64,000 nt of DNA from Malacoraja senta (lineage: Eukaryota). The first letter of the stretch is position 1, and the number at the start of each line of letters is the position of its first letter. A program made the position numbers and the translations under genes. Shown here in pieces: positions 50,706 to 63,443 of the stretch. Below the pieces are notes generated by a model. It had not been told where the DNA came from. It made no database searches and saw only the letters and a program-made list of their open reading frames with translations. The stretch covers positions 186,001-250,000 of the forward strand of contig JAXLNO010005313.1 of NCBI GenBank assembly GCA_038087875.1, written 5' to 3'.

Positions 50706-52937
50706 ACAAATCCCAGGCCCTGAGAATACAACTGAAACTATTTCGCAAAGAAGAAACAAGGCAACAAAATAGGAACAGTCTTGCTGGAATACCAATGGGA
50801 GTGGAATTACTCATGGTTCAAAAAATATACTTCAGATGAGTCAACAGGAACTGTAAAGATCAGGGAGGATTGTGGCTCTATTTTCAGGCTGTGCTTAAAT
50901 TATATTTCTCAGGTTGAGTAGAAGAGATCCCAGCACATTTGGGTTTGGGGCTGAAAAAGTTACTCACTTTCCAATCATCACTGTATCTATTAAAATAGGA
51001 GCTTGTGGACTTTCTTGTCAAGTGCCTGGGTCCTGTCATGGTGAGTCTCTGGATAATTATACACCCAAACATTAATAAAATAACAAGAATCTATAGATGC
51101 TGGTTTATACCAAAGATGGACACAAAATGCAGGAGGAACTCAGCAGGTCACACTGCATCCATGGAGAACATGGATAGGGGACATTTTGTGTCAGAACCCT
51201 TTTTCAGTTCCATGTTCTCCAGGGATGATGACTGACCTGTTGAGTTCTCCTGCATTTTGTTTCTATCCATGACCTAAACATTAATGCCAGTTTTCAGACA
51301 TCCACTACGCCATGCTGGAATGTCTAGTTGTCAGTGGCTGCGGTAACCAGTGGTAACCATCGTCTGTCCTGTTTGGAAGGCAACTGGACCAGCGGAGTAG
51401 CTTGCTGCTTGCCGAGCTGGTGACTTTCCCCCACTGCATCAGTAAAAGTGATCTGTGGGACTTATCATTCTTACCGAGTGATGCAAAACCTTGCCTGAGT
51501 GAGACCCCAGGGGATAAATGACGTTTCCCCTGCAAACCAGGATTTGGGAGGAGTCCAGAGGCTTGTTTTGTGAAAGGAGGAGAGTTGATGACAATAAATG
51601 TTTTCATTTTCATTTTTTCCCCCACACTTTTTCATTTTTGGCCTTCTGGATTCTGTGACAGATGACCATTCACTGGGGGGACTACGCGAGCGAGCACAAT
51701 GCTTTGAACCAAATGAACTAAGCTTTTCACTCCTCTCTCCAGAGCTTTTGACTGTACGTGTGGGTCAGAGACTACACAAACCAATTGCAAACAGAGTTAA
51801 CAAGTTAACAATGATTCTTCTCCCACCCGCACACGTCACTTTGCTGAATCCATTCCTCACCATGAACGTACCGACTGACAATTCCTGCTGTTCTGCATTC
51901 CTGCACTCTTTAATTCAAGTTCACAGGCATGATTGTCTGCTGGCCTTTCCTACTTTCCTTCACTAAACGCCAGAGATGGTCCCTGCTTGCTGACCTGGTA
52001 AACGTCTAATCCAACCTTCCGGTCCTTTGTCATCCAGAGATGCATTGTCCCCCCCTTGACTGTGTGTGAACAGTCCTGGGAGCAGTGCCCTGACACTTTT
52101 TGCTGCACTTTGGCCAATGAACGACAAGACGACTGAGACCCCAGAAAGAAACAGGGCCCTGTGGCTCTGTCCAGGACCACAGTGGAGTAAATGGGGTGTG
52201 ATGACTGACTCAATCAGGGTAAGTGAAGGGAACTGGATGAGAAGGCCTGGTACATACACTTACACCAGAGATACAACACCCAACAATATATAACTACATT
52301 TTCACAGAAAAGGAAATGGAACTAAGTGTCTCCTGCTACTTCTTTCTGACTTTCATAACCAAGACAGAGAGGAATGCTTTCATGCTGGCTCTGAATGAGC
52401 TTTTAAATGAAAGCTAAGAACTTCAAAAACACCAGTATTTAGTAACTCTCCAATGGGAAATGGAGATGGAGATTTTGATTCTACTGCACTTGCAGGCTGG
52501 CTACTTCACTCGCTGTTTGTTTCACTGTCTCATCAGATGCAGCAAATAAAGATAATGTAGATGGGGAGAAACCAGTGTCATTAAGATAGTTCAGTTAAAT
52601 AAGTGGACGGGATGATAAAGAATGTCCATTCATGAAATGTTTCAAGCGTTGGGGTAATGTGAACATGCTGCATCATCCCCTCACAACATGAGCCTTATCC
52701 CAGCAGCCGTACAACTTACAAAGGGAGAAACCTTTCATCTATTAAGGGGTGGAAATAGATGATAGTAAAGGACTGCAGAGAGGATTAGGCAGAGAGCAGG
52801 AGTTCTGAAGAGTTGCAAGAGCAGATTATCAGAGGGCGCTGATCACTGAAAGCGAATGTTGGGGGATGATACAGGAGGAATCGAATCAGGAGGCCTCTGA
52901 CTGAATGAGATCATGGGGAAAGATCTCAGTCAGTCTC

Positions 52938-53665
52938 TTAGATGGACATAAAAAGCTGGAGTAACTCAGCAGGACAGATAGCATCTCTGGATAGAAGGAA
53001 TGGGTGATGTTTCGGGTCGAGACCCTTGTTCAGACTAGTCAGAGGAAAGGGAAATGAAAGATATAGACGATGATGAAAGGAGATATAGAACAATGAACAA
53101 AAGCAAAAAAGTAACGATGATAAAGGAAATAGGCCATTGTCAGCTGTTTGTTGGGTGAAAACGAGAAGCTGGTGTAACTTGGGTGGGGGAGGGATGGAGA
53201 GAGAGGGAATGCCGGGGTTACTTGAAGTTAGAGAAATCAATATTCATACCACTGGGTTGTAAGCTGCCCAAGTAAAATATGAGATGCTGTTCCTCCAATT
53301 TGCATTTAGCTTCACTCTGACAATGGAGGAGACCTAAGACAGAAAGATCAGTGTGGGAATGGGAAGGAGAATTAAAGTGTTTAGCAACCAGGAGATCAGG
53401 TAGGTCCACGCGGTCTGAGCGAAAGTGTTCCGCAAAATGATCGCCCAGTCTGCATTTGGTCTTTGCGATATATAATTGTTCTATATCTCTCTACATCATC
53501 GTCTACATCTCTCGTTTCCCTTTCCCCTGACTAGTCTGAAGAAGGGTCTCGACCCAAAATGTCACCCTTTCCTAGTCTCCAGAGATGCTGCCTGTCCCAC
53601 TGAGTTACTCCAGCTTTTTGTGTCTATCATCAGTTTAAACCAGCATCTGCAGTTCCTTCCTACAC
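52938..53665 (-). mobile_element. 5'-truncated Penelope-like element with inverted terminal repeat
   Basis: Minus strand 53474 to 53218 reads YIAKTKCRLGDHFAEHFRS...HFNSPSHSHTDLSVLGL...KLEEQHLIFYLGSLQPSGMNIDFSNFK* (GIY-YIG C-half). 53476-53665 is an inverted copy of the 3' terminus. Hammerhead motifs at ~53006-53033 (-) and ~53536-53563 (+). Confidence 0.88.
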
Positions 53666-54214
53666 AATACCTCATTCAGTCTCTTGCTCAGTCTGGGGCT
53701 CAAGGGGGTGAGGATGCAGATGCAGCTGCAGCTTGGGAAACCAGTTACTTGGTAACAAGATAGTGATGGAAGCAAAATCATTTCTTGCAACCAAACACCG
53801 TTCTTCAGTCTGATCGCTGATCTGAGATATGTGCAGATAGAGTGTAGATGAATCTGAGGGAATAGATGGTAGGATAAGTACCAACCTTTGTCCTGGGTCT
53901 CTTCATCCTCACCATTATAACAGACCTCATGGATGCTCACTCCTCATGCATGGAGATGCAGTTCTGCAAATTCATTTTATTGCCCAATGCTGTTGCTGAA
54001 GACACTGAGACTAATTGTCTTTCGCCCAGAATGTCTGGCTCTGCAGTCTTGGCCCTGAGTCAATTTTGTTTGTAGAATTAATTGCACAAGAATACACAAT
54101 GGTGTTGGGCAGGGATGCTGCAATGTTGAAGGCCTGCAATTTACTTCCAAGCAAGGATCGTGTGAAATTTGAAGGGGAAAGAGCAGTTAACATTTTCCAT
54201 GTACCCATTGCATT

Positions 54215-54500
54215 TTTTAGCCTCACAAAAGACCCAGGTTCGAGATCCTGAACTCGGGTGCTGTCTGTGTGGAATTTGCACATTCTCCCTGTGACCACAT
54301 GGATTTTCTCCAAGGTCCAATTTCCTCCCGCACCCCGAATATATGTCGGCTTGTAGGTTACTTGGCCTCTGTAAATGACTCTTAGTTTGTGCAGGGAGTG
54401 GATGTGACATTGGGATAACATAGAACTAGGATGAACAGGTGATCAATGGTCGGCGTGGACTCAGTGGGCAGAAGGGTCTGTTTCCATGCTGTATTTATAA
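54215..54500 (+). mobile_element. HE1/V-SINE-type SINE (5' degraded)
   Basis: ggttcgagatcc B-box-like motif, central domain and 3' end as in other copies. Confidence 0.72.
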
Positions 54501-55429
54501 ACAAAAAATGCTTTTTCGGATTTTAAGTCTGCAAATTGAGTGTTGGTCTTCACGGGTACATTTTGGGCAAAAGGCAGAACCTTCATTGGAGAGGGAACAG
54601 ATTAAAATGATCATTAAATCAGGACCCAAGACTGAAAACTTCCTGCAACAAAACTATATTCAAACTTCAATAAAATGGATTGGTTTATACGATGCATCAG
54701 GATATGATCAACATAAGTCATTGTGTTTTAATGCAGTAGAATTTAGTGCATTAAGATTCACAATGCAGGATAATAAAATATTTGGCTCTGTTCAATAATT
54801 GCACGATGCTGGAATGAAGCCAGGACGTTCTTGTTCATTCTTTAATAATAAAGCAAATTCAGATATCAGTGTCGTCAGTCAAGGTTTTGGAGGCTGTGCC
54901 TTGAACACAGGAGGCTTGGTAACATGACATAGGATTCACCAGAGGGAGAGGAGATTTACTGAGCAGCTAACTACAAAGCACATTGCAGCCGTTACTGCTG
55001 GATAAAATACTGGCGAGCGGCAGGCCATTTGGAGTCGTGGCCTGGAGCTGGAAGTAAGGAGGGGAGGAAGGCAAGGAATTGAGAGAAAGAGAGGAAAGAA
55101 AATGTGCTTGAGCATAAAGTGACTCATCGGCTCTCATTAGTTGTTTTTCCCCATGAGTAACGACAGAGTTCCTCGAAACCAGTAATAACTGTTCTTTCTG
55201 TTCTTTTTAAAAAAGACATATAAATTAGATCTGGGAAACCCCTTGCACGTATATCCTTATCCATCAGCCATTTGTTAAAGAAGGGAAGGCACCATAGATG
55301 CATTGATACCAATCATAATTTCCATTTGTTTAATGATATTTACTTTTGAAACTTCACACCATGACTGCATAAATGGTTGTCACCATTAGATATCTATGTT
55401 TTCTCATACAAACCTACTGTAATGTTCAA

Positions 55430-56990
55430 AGGTGTGTACGAGGATGGCTGATCACAACTCAGCAAGCATTAAAGGAGGTACAATTGGTGTCAATGCTTTT
55501 AGAAGCTTGTAAAGCTTGGTAACACATTCAAGTGAGCCTGAGGACCTAAGTTCTGCTCTCACACTGGAAACCCAAGTACAAAAAGCAGTATATTTAGAGG
55601 CAGCATCTTTGAGAGAAGCTGTTAAACTGAGGCCCCAGATGGACAGAGATGAACTCATGGCACTGTTTCAAAACACTGCAATGACAATTTCTCCAGTCTC
55701 CTGACTGTAGCCAATCCATCAACTGCAGCCAGCAAAGTTCACTGATAGAACTGAGGTAATTCTATTGGTCATCTAAGATTCACTCATCCCACCAACAAAC
55801 TGTAAGGTTGTCACGTTGGGGGACCAATGCTCAGGATTTATTTTCCATTTCTTTCCGCACTTTCTTTGCAGCTTCAAAGATAAGATGTTCCCTTTAAAAA
55901 CATGCATCTGCTTGGCAGATGTTGTGGCATCTAGATATCGATTGCTGGCAAACAACCCCTAGTTCATGCTATCATTCTATTTTTATAAAGTATGCCATTA
56001 GTGTGTAAGGATGTCCAATGACTGAGCTGCAAATATAAAACTAGTTTGGCGAAAGGAGAGAACGTTATTCAGCAATATTTGAGATCCATCACTTCAATGC
56101 TGGTGACTTGGCTTTGATGAAAACACAATTGTTGGTACAGTAGCCTCCCAACATGATGTAGAGCAATTTTCAGAGGCATCACTAGTGGTACCTCTCAAAT
56201 ACCATGTAACGGTTTAGATAAGTCGGCCAAGTTACACATCCATAAAAAGTGACAGGGATATTAACAGAGATGTGTACTTGTATCTGCATCATTCTATGGG
56301 TCTAGGTCAGCAATAAAAAAAGTTGTTAAAAAAGCTACGTGCACTATATCTCACTGACATTTTCACTGCTGGAGAAGGGGCTGTCAGGATCATGGAAGTG
56401 CCCATCTGTTCCTGGGTCTGTTTATTGTTGGCGGACTGTGCAAGTAATTTGCCGAGCATCATGAGGTCTAGCAGAGCTCCTTGACTTCTCAATGACATGT
56501 TAGAGTCCAAGCCTTGGTAAATTCCCCAAAGAGATATTGCAGTTTTATGTAGATAGATGGTACAGTCAAGAAGGTGTCAGTAGTGTAGAATGTCTTGAAA
56601 ATTCCCAAGCAATTAGTCAGTTAACAGCCCCTGATGCTGCTATTGATCTATCTCCTCGTTCTGTCCCCATGAGAGTGAATTTCTTGCTACCTGTTACCTC
56701 TGTAGTAGCAAGAAGTGTTAGCAAATCTGCAGGATCAGGTGACAAGCCCAATGACTTATTTAATTCTTGGGATAATGAACTTGGGTTGAAGCGCTTGAGA
56801 TGCAGCTCTTCCAACAGATGCTCCAAAATGTGAACAAAGATGAAACTCTAAGAATGCCAGAGTCATTGCTGTCTTTAAAAAGGGAGACTGACAGTGTGTT
56901 GGAAGGATTGAGATAGTTCTTCACAACTGGCAAAATCCTCACTGTATTCTTCTGGAATTTTGACTGGATTTAGATTACTAGATAACAAAG
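55430..56990 (+). mobile_element. Highly degraded LINE ORF2, probably RTE clade
   Basis: Plus-strand remnants RW...DAAIDLSP...KSAGSGDKPNDLF (cf. KAPGPDGIP.ELF) and NARVIAVFKKGD...TTGKILT (cf. FKKGD..NYRGISLL..GKIL). Many stops; boundaries approximate. Confidence 0.5.
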
Positions 56991-57111
56991 CTGGTCAACT
57001 TGATAAAGCAGATCCAAGAACATTTCTAGTGACAGTCACAGCAGTGGGATATAAGCTTCATCAATCCAATAAGTATTCTGAGCTTGAAAATTAGGATGCT
57101 TGTGAATGAGT

Positions 57112-57440
57112 GGCACAGTGGTGCTGTTAGCAGGACTGCTACCTCATATCTCCAGTAACCCGGGATTCAATTCTCCAGTGCTAGCTGTGTGGAATATGTA
57201 TGCTTTCCATGACCCTGTGGGCTTTCTCTGTTCTATGATTTCCTTCCACATCACAATGTGGGAGATGCAAGATTAATTTGCCACTATTAAACTTTCCTAG
57301 TGTGTAGGTGAGAGGTAGAATCGGAAGAAGGATGGAAATTTAGGTAGATTACAGGAAAAATTAGAGGAGAAATGGGAATGCACTGAAAGCCAGCATAGTC
57401 TAGATAAGCAAAATAGTCTCGCTCTTTGTTGTAAGGAAAC
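57112..57440 (+). mobile_element. Degraded HE1/V-SINE-type SINE
   Basis: ggcacagtggtgctgttagcaggactgctacctca... head and degenerate central domain. Confidence 0.6.
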
Positions 57441-57867
57441 ATGGAAGCTTGGTGAGCATTACTGGCAAGATTTAAAAGAAAACCAAAATAAGTTGACTTG
57501 GAATAGTACCAGGAGCTGGGAACACACCCTGTAATATTAAGAATGGGAGAAATGGCATTCAGCCATAACTCTATCCAGTGTTACCCAAATCTACATGGCA
57601 TTCAAAATTCATGTATTTCCATTCCAAATTCTACAGGGGATATACATTTTAAAGTGCATTGTGAAATATCCTGCTAAAGCAACAGCTAAAGAAAAAAATT
57701 GGAAATAAATTCATCTCAGCTTGTTTTCTGTTTATAATCATACCCTTGTATCTAAATTCCTCTCCATTTACCTCACGGTGGGGTTCACCTCCCAGACCAC
57801 TGTTGCATATCACCCTAAGCACAATGTGGTGACCAATAACTCTTTGGCTCTATAACTGGTTGAACTT

Positions 57868-58325
57868 TATTTAGCCCAGGAGGGAAATTGATCTGCCAAC
57901 AGTCATAAAAACACCAAATACATGAAATATGAAATTAAAGTGACGAGTGGAAAGGATTGGGGATGTGCAGATTGGGAGGGGGGGGGAGGGGGGAGTCAGT
58001 CTCAGTCTCAGTCTACCCCATGACAGAAGGGGGAGGAGTTGTACAGTTTGATAGCCACAGGGAAGAAGGATCTTCTGCGGCGTTCTGTCCTGCATATTGG
58101 TGGAACCAGTCTGTTGCTGAATGTACTCCTCAGGTTGACCAGTGTATCATCGAGGGGGTGAGCTGTATGGTCCAGGATGCTCTGCAGTTTGAGGAGCATC
58201 CTCCCCTCCAAGACCATCTCCCATGAACCCAACTTCACCCCCAGGACGGAGCCAACCTTCCTGATGAGTTTGTTAATTCTATTGGTGTCTGCGGCCTTCG
58301 CCCTGCTGCCCCAGCACATGGCAGC
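57868..58325 (-). mobile_element. Rex1/Babar-type LINE 3' fragment
   Basis: CWGS...RINKLIRKVGSVLG...HPL..TL...RL..P.CRTERRRRSFFPVAIKLYN (ORF 58008..58319); gggctaaataaag end. Confidence 0.75.
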
Positions 58326-58469
58326 AAAGATTGGTAGAACATCTGCAGATTAACACCATTAACAACATTAGCACACAACAAACGCTTTTCTCTGTACCTC
58401 GGTACACCTGACAATAAACTAAACTCATATAGAGGCCAGTCGTGGTTGGGATTTGATTTGGATGCAGTG

Positions 58470-58880
58470 TTCAATTCAAATGGAGTTTGGATTGGTTGCA
58501 GTTGGCCGAGGTCAAATTCGGATTGGCTGTGGTTGGCTGAGACCAAGTTTGGATTGGCCAAGGTTATCTCAGGCTGGAGATAGATGGAAAAAAGTTGGAG
58601 TAACTCAGTGGGTCAGGCAGCATCTCTGGAGAAAAGATAATGTTTCAGGTTGAGACCCTACTTCAGATTGAGAGTCAGGAGACAGGGAATCGAGAGATAT
58701 ATACGGTGATATAGCAGGATATAAAACAAATGAATGAAAGATATGCAAAAAGTAACAATGATCAAGAAAATGATCCATTGTTGGTTGTGGGCTAGCTGGC
58801 AATGAGTGATATAGCTGGGTTTGGATTAGCTGCAGTTGGCTTGCATCAGAACCAGATTAGCCATGGTTGGCTCTGGTCGG
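58470..58880. repeat. 31-bp degenerate minisatellite split by the Penelope fragment
   Basis: GATTGG/GATTAG cores at 58491, 58522, 58553 and at 58825, 58856 (31-bp period). Confidence 0.6.
58578..58810 (-). mobile_element. Penelope-like terminal fragment
   Basis: Match to 52938-53170; decayed hammerhead at ~58640-58667. Confidence 0.75.
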
Positions 58881-59494
58881 AAGGATCCCTTATTATTGTG
58901 CTAATGCAGTGGTTAAGTTACTGGACAATCATCCAGTTTCCGGGCCATTCATTTGAAGCCACAAGTTCAGAAGCCCCCATGGCTACAAGACTACATTAGA
59001 TGAATTTGGAATTAACCCAGGTCACTGGAGCTGCGACACAGCTGCACGACCCGTTGAACCACCATATTGCGCTTATCTCCCAATACCACTTTAACACACA
59101 CTTGAAGCTCCTGTTGATTGATGAGAGGAGAGGGCTTTTATTTGAGATGTGTGATCACAAGCCAAGAGTCACCAAGATACTGTGGTCTCTGAGGTAGAAT
59201 ACATTCAGAAATAAACTCAAAACCACGCTCCTGGCCATTTGGAAACGTATAAAAACAAGTATTTTTTTAGAAAGCTAACTGTTCACACTTTCTCAGAGGA
59301 CACACCATTCCCACTCCCATAAGTCAGGAAGCTGGATAATTCCCCCCCACAATGTCCACCATCAATAACCACTGAACATTCTAGCATCTACTTTATCTGA
59401 AAATCCCTCAGGTTCCTGTCGCCCACAAGAGTAAATTCTAGGAGAGAGGCTGGGGCATAGATGGAAAATTAAAGTATTTTACAACCCAATATAA

Positions 59495-59845
59495 GGTCAT
59501 AAAGTCATAAATGATAGGAGTAGAATTAGGCCATTTGGTCCATCGTCTAGTCTGCCATTCAATCATGGCCGATCTATCTCTCCCCCCTAACCCCATTCTC
59601 CTGCCTTCTCCCCATAACCTCTGACACCTGTACTAATCCAGAATCTATCTATCTCTGCCTTAAAAATATCCACTGACTAGGCCTCGGCAGCCTTCTGTGG
59701 CAAAGAATTCCACAGATTCACCACCCTCCGACTGAAAATAAATTTCTCCTCATCTCCTTCCAAAATCAAAAGTCCTTTAACTCTGAGGCTATGACCTCTA
59801 GTCCTAGACTCTCCCATTATTGAATCCATCCTCCCCACATCCATT
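59495..59845 (-). mobile_element. CR1-type LINE 3' end
   Basis: KGLDRMDVGRM...GESRTRGHSLRVKG...RVVNLWNSLPQKA. Confidence 0.85.
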
Positions 59846-59977
59846 CTATCCAAGCCTTTCACTAATATTGCTAGTATTAAGTTTGCTTTGAGGATGCCCG
59901 TTACAATCTTTAAAAGAGCTCATTAACATAACAGTTAGTGCTAAAAGAGACCAACATCCTTCCATGCTGTTCACAGA

Positions 59978-60505
59978 TGTTATGCAGTGACAGACCCAAC
60001 CCCATCAACACCATACTCCGTTACAAAGTGGCAGATGCAGGAATAGACCTGTCCTCACTATAAATGTGCCCAGCGTTATACTGTGTCAGACCTGTGGCCA
60101 CCGGCACCATACTCCAGTGCCCTATAGTCACAGATCTGCAACCACCAGTATTATACTGCACCATTGTACAATACTGTGCCTTGGAATTATATGGCGACAG
60201 ATATGTCTCAACAGTACCATGCCCCAGTGCTATAAATGATAGACCTGTGTCCTCCAGTACTATGTATGTGTTATGGTGATAACCCTGTACCCCTACTCAA
60301 CCCCAGTGTTATTCAATGACAGACCCACAGCCACCAGTCTTGTGTGCCACTCATATTCCATGACATTCTCATACTCACCATTACTGTACCAGTGTTTATA
60401 TTGGCAGACCCGTACCCACATTATACAGTGGCAAAACTATTCCTGTGTTTTGCAGTGACAGATCTATACGCTCTGATAATGCCCACTGGTCACAGAGTGA
60501 CTGAT
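59978..60505. repeat. Degenerate ~42-bp tandem repeat (~12 units)
   Basis: Recurring gtgttatacagtgacagacctgtacccaccagtactgtacccca-like unit. Confidence 0.7.
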
Positions 60506-60758
60506 GTGTGCTAAACAGGACTGTGTTATGGGAGTCTTTGTTCTTGACAACAAATGTTAGGCTGTTGGTAAAGGTTCAATCTGAATTTACAAAATTGGAA
60601 TATACAATCTCCCCCCAGCACAGGTTGCTTCTGAGAGACGCACTAGCATGTCGATTACAACCAGCAAATATTTTATTAGTGCTATTAAAGAAACCCAATC
60701 TAACGAAGCAAAAATGTTGTGCAAGTATGTGCAGGCGAAACATCAAAAGCTTACTCAC

Positions 60759-60975
60759 CGCAGGCTTTGGCAGCAGTCACACAGATCTCCTCCGCAACAT
60801 ATTCGCCCGGTGGCAAGGTTAGACAGTTGTTCTCGGGTTTGTCAGGGATAGGGTAAAAATTAACCTTCAGCCCTGTTCCAGCCTGCTTCGGGGCGTGTGG
60901 GCTCTGATGTAGGTTTCCGTTCTGGAGTGGGCTGGTCCCGGTGTCCATATCTGGAATCGTGATGCAGGCCATCAT
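60759..60975 (-). CDS. JAK2: JAK2 first coding exon (human exon 3 equivalent), N-terminus and start of FERM
   Basis: Translates MMACITIPDMDTG...[21 protein letters not shown](G), matching JAK2 MGMACLTM...[20 protein letters not shown]. Donor G|GTGAGT at 60758. Candidate acceptor AGs at 61022-61021 and 61015-61014 give a short 5'UTR. Confidence 0.93.
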
Positions 60976-62054
60976 TTTACTACGGGAGGCCGTATTTACT
61001 TCTCACCGCACAACTGCAAACTAAAAACAGAAAGGCAAATCAAAAGAAACAAAGGGAGGCGATGTGCTGAAGCATGCCCTGCTGTAGGATTTCCTGGCAC
61101 CAAATTAATTTAGTGTTATAGGAGCCACTGAAATCAACAGGAATGCCAAGTGGCTGAAATCTGTGGTGTGTGTGGTCAGACCCACTTTCATGATCATCTG
61201 TACATTAAACATCAAAGCGTTCTTTCACAATTCATTCTTAAGATTACTTTGAGAGGATTGCACGTTTACAGCAAATTCCTTCCTTGCATTAGTCAGAATT
61301 CGGCTAGAAACTAAAATAATCCTTTCTTTCATAAGATGATAAGAAATGGAGCCGTAGGAGATCATTTGGCCGTTTCAACCTGCACAACCCTTCATTAAAA
61401 TTTCCACTATCCTTCCGGCTCAAGTCTGCGTATCTGCCCAATCCCCACATCCCCGAGTCCCCAAGTGCCCAAACTTCAATCACTCTTAGTGACTGCATCC
61501 ACAATCCTGAGCGGTCGAGAATTTCATCCCTCCAAACATAGATCAAAGTACCTGTGAGCTCATGCTGCCCTGTGATTAGCTAACATACAATCAACTAGTC
61601 TGGCTAGTTTCTCCACTTTATTTCTCGTTGGAAAGGCTCTCCTTGTTATTGAGCAAAGTTATGACTGGGATACGAATCCAGTCCACAGATTGTGTTTGCT
61701 GAATGGCCTTCACTAGATGAACACTAACCGGGTAAAGACCCCTGACTTCCTGCTGGTAACTGCTTTGGCTAAAAGCACCTTGTCACAGCTGATGAAAGTC
61801 ACGTGCATTTCAATCAGCATCCACTCACAATGATGCACAGTAATTTCCACTCACATGTACTTGGTTTCATTTTCTACAACTCATACGTTATTGGGGAATG
61901 GCCCGGCCACCGAGTTCTCAGATAGAACTTTGACAATAGTCGACTACAAAAAGCCCAAAACTATCCCACCGATTTTCTTCTGCTGCTTGATTTGAGGCTG
62001 AGAAGTAAAATTCAAGTACTTATCTTGTCCTAACATAACATTACATTTACATTT

Positions 62055-62300
62055 TATTTCAAAGTCACGTGAGTGACTACGTGAAGAAGCCCGCCAGACC
62101 GCATGCGAGTCAATTCGCACTAGCGCATGGCGCGAGCGCTGCTCTGCAAGGTTAGTCAATTTTCTTCGGGCCGCTCTATAGCGTGCCCAAAGTAGCTTGG
62201 AAGCTCCACTGAAGCTAGCGTAAATAGTATTTTTTCGCCACAGTCTCCAACGTGAGCAGGCGGCTGAAATTATAGGGTCCATGCGGTTGTTGCCGTTTTA
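62055..62300. promoter_or_regulatory. CpG-rich promoter-like patch, possibly the terminus of a TE (DIRS-like?)
   Basis: GTCACGTGA E-box at ~62064-62072, CTACGTG, CGCATGCG and GCGCATGGCGCG (NRF1-like) at ~62100-62135; abrupt switch from AT-rich to CpG-rich sequence. Confidence 0.4.
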
Positions 62301-63443
62301 GTCTGCATGGCAGCAGATGACCCAGATGACAGTATGTTCTTTAGGAGCTGGGTTTACGGCTGTTGCCGCTATAGTCTGCAGCAGACGGCCCAAATGGGAG
62401 AGCACCGGCTAGGATAAGTTGTTGCAGCTGCCGGCATCAGAGCTCCATACAGGAGCAGGCAGCGAGAGTCAGAGACAGCGTGAGGCTCTGCAAGGAGCTT
62501 ACATTCATAAATTGCAGCTGCCGGCAGCCAGGTCTATTTTTACTAGCCACGGCCGACAGCTACCGCTTAGATAGCTCAGGCTGCTGTAGCACCAAACAAT
62601 TTTAACATAGTTTATGCTGCAGCAACATATAGTGTATTCTTTAAATTGGACGGCTATAATAGAGTTGGCATTTATAACAGTTGCCACAGGGTCACGTTTG
62701 TGACTATCATAGCCGATAGCATTCTATGTCAGGTTTAATTCTTTGGCAATATCACAAATATGTCTTATCATGCCAATTTAGTTTATGTTTTAAAAGAGAA
62801 AATTACAAGGGACTTTTATTATCACTTACACCAATAAAAAGATGTAGTGGAATTGGACCTGCCATTGCAGTCCAGAGCTCCTGGCTTGGGAAGCCTTGTT
62901 TGAGCTGTGCCAATCAGTCACCTGTGGGAACTACACCTGGTGGCTTCATGGCAATTTCCGCTCATTATAGGGGACTGTGGAAGATTCCTTTACAAAAGAC
63001 GCCAACTATATGCATATCAATAAAGTAATCAAATCTCTGATTTAATAGGGATAGGATTCTTTTAGTCATATTAACGTCATTGCCTATGACAACACCTGGC
63101 AGGGTTGCAGCATTTCTCCCACTCTGTCTGGCGTATGGGGGCCAGAGGCACTCCAGTCCTTCCCTGTAATACTCTGTTGGCACCAGACGGGAGCAAGGAC
63201 TTGGAGTCACTAGCAGGTGCAGTCTGTTTGATAAATGATGATAACAACAGAGCACCGATCTGCAGCTAGTCTCGGTTTGGCTGCTAAAGGGAGCAGCCTG
63301 ACAACCCCAAGTCAGGGCAAAGTCATAGCCAAGTCTTGGGACATCTATGCCAGATATGATTGGGGTTTGTCTCAATTAAGAACATCTGGTGAATCAAATT
63401 ATAACACAAGGAATGCTCCGTCTTATGAAGGCATGTCAGGCAG

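Noticed and set aside
55430-56990. Minus-strand ORFs suggesting an endogenous viral element or nested gene
   Set aside because: The plus strand carries LINE RT-proximal motifs (KSAG..DKP, FKKGD, GKIL); the minus ORFs are incidental.
61014-61022. Two candidate splice acceptors 7 nt apart for the ATG exon
   Set aside because: Both lie in the 5'UTR, so the protein is unaffected; cannot be resolved without transcripts.
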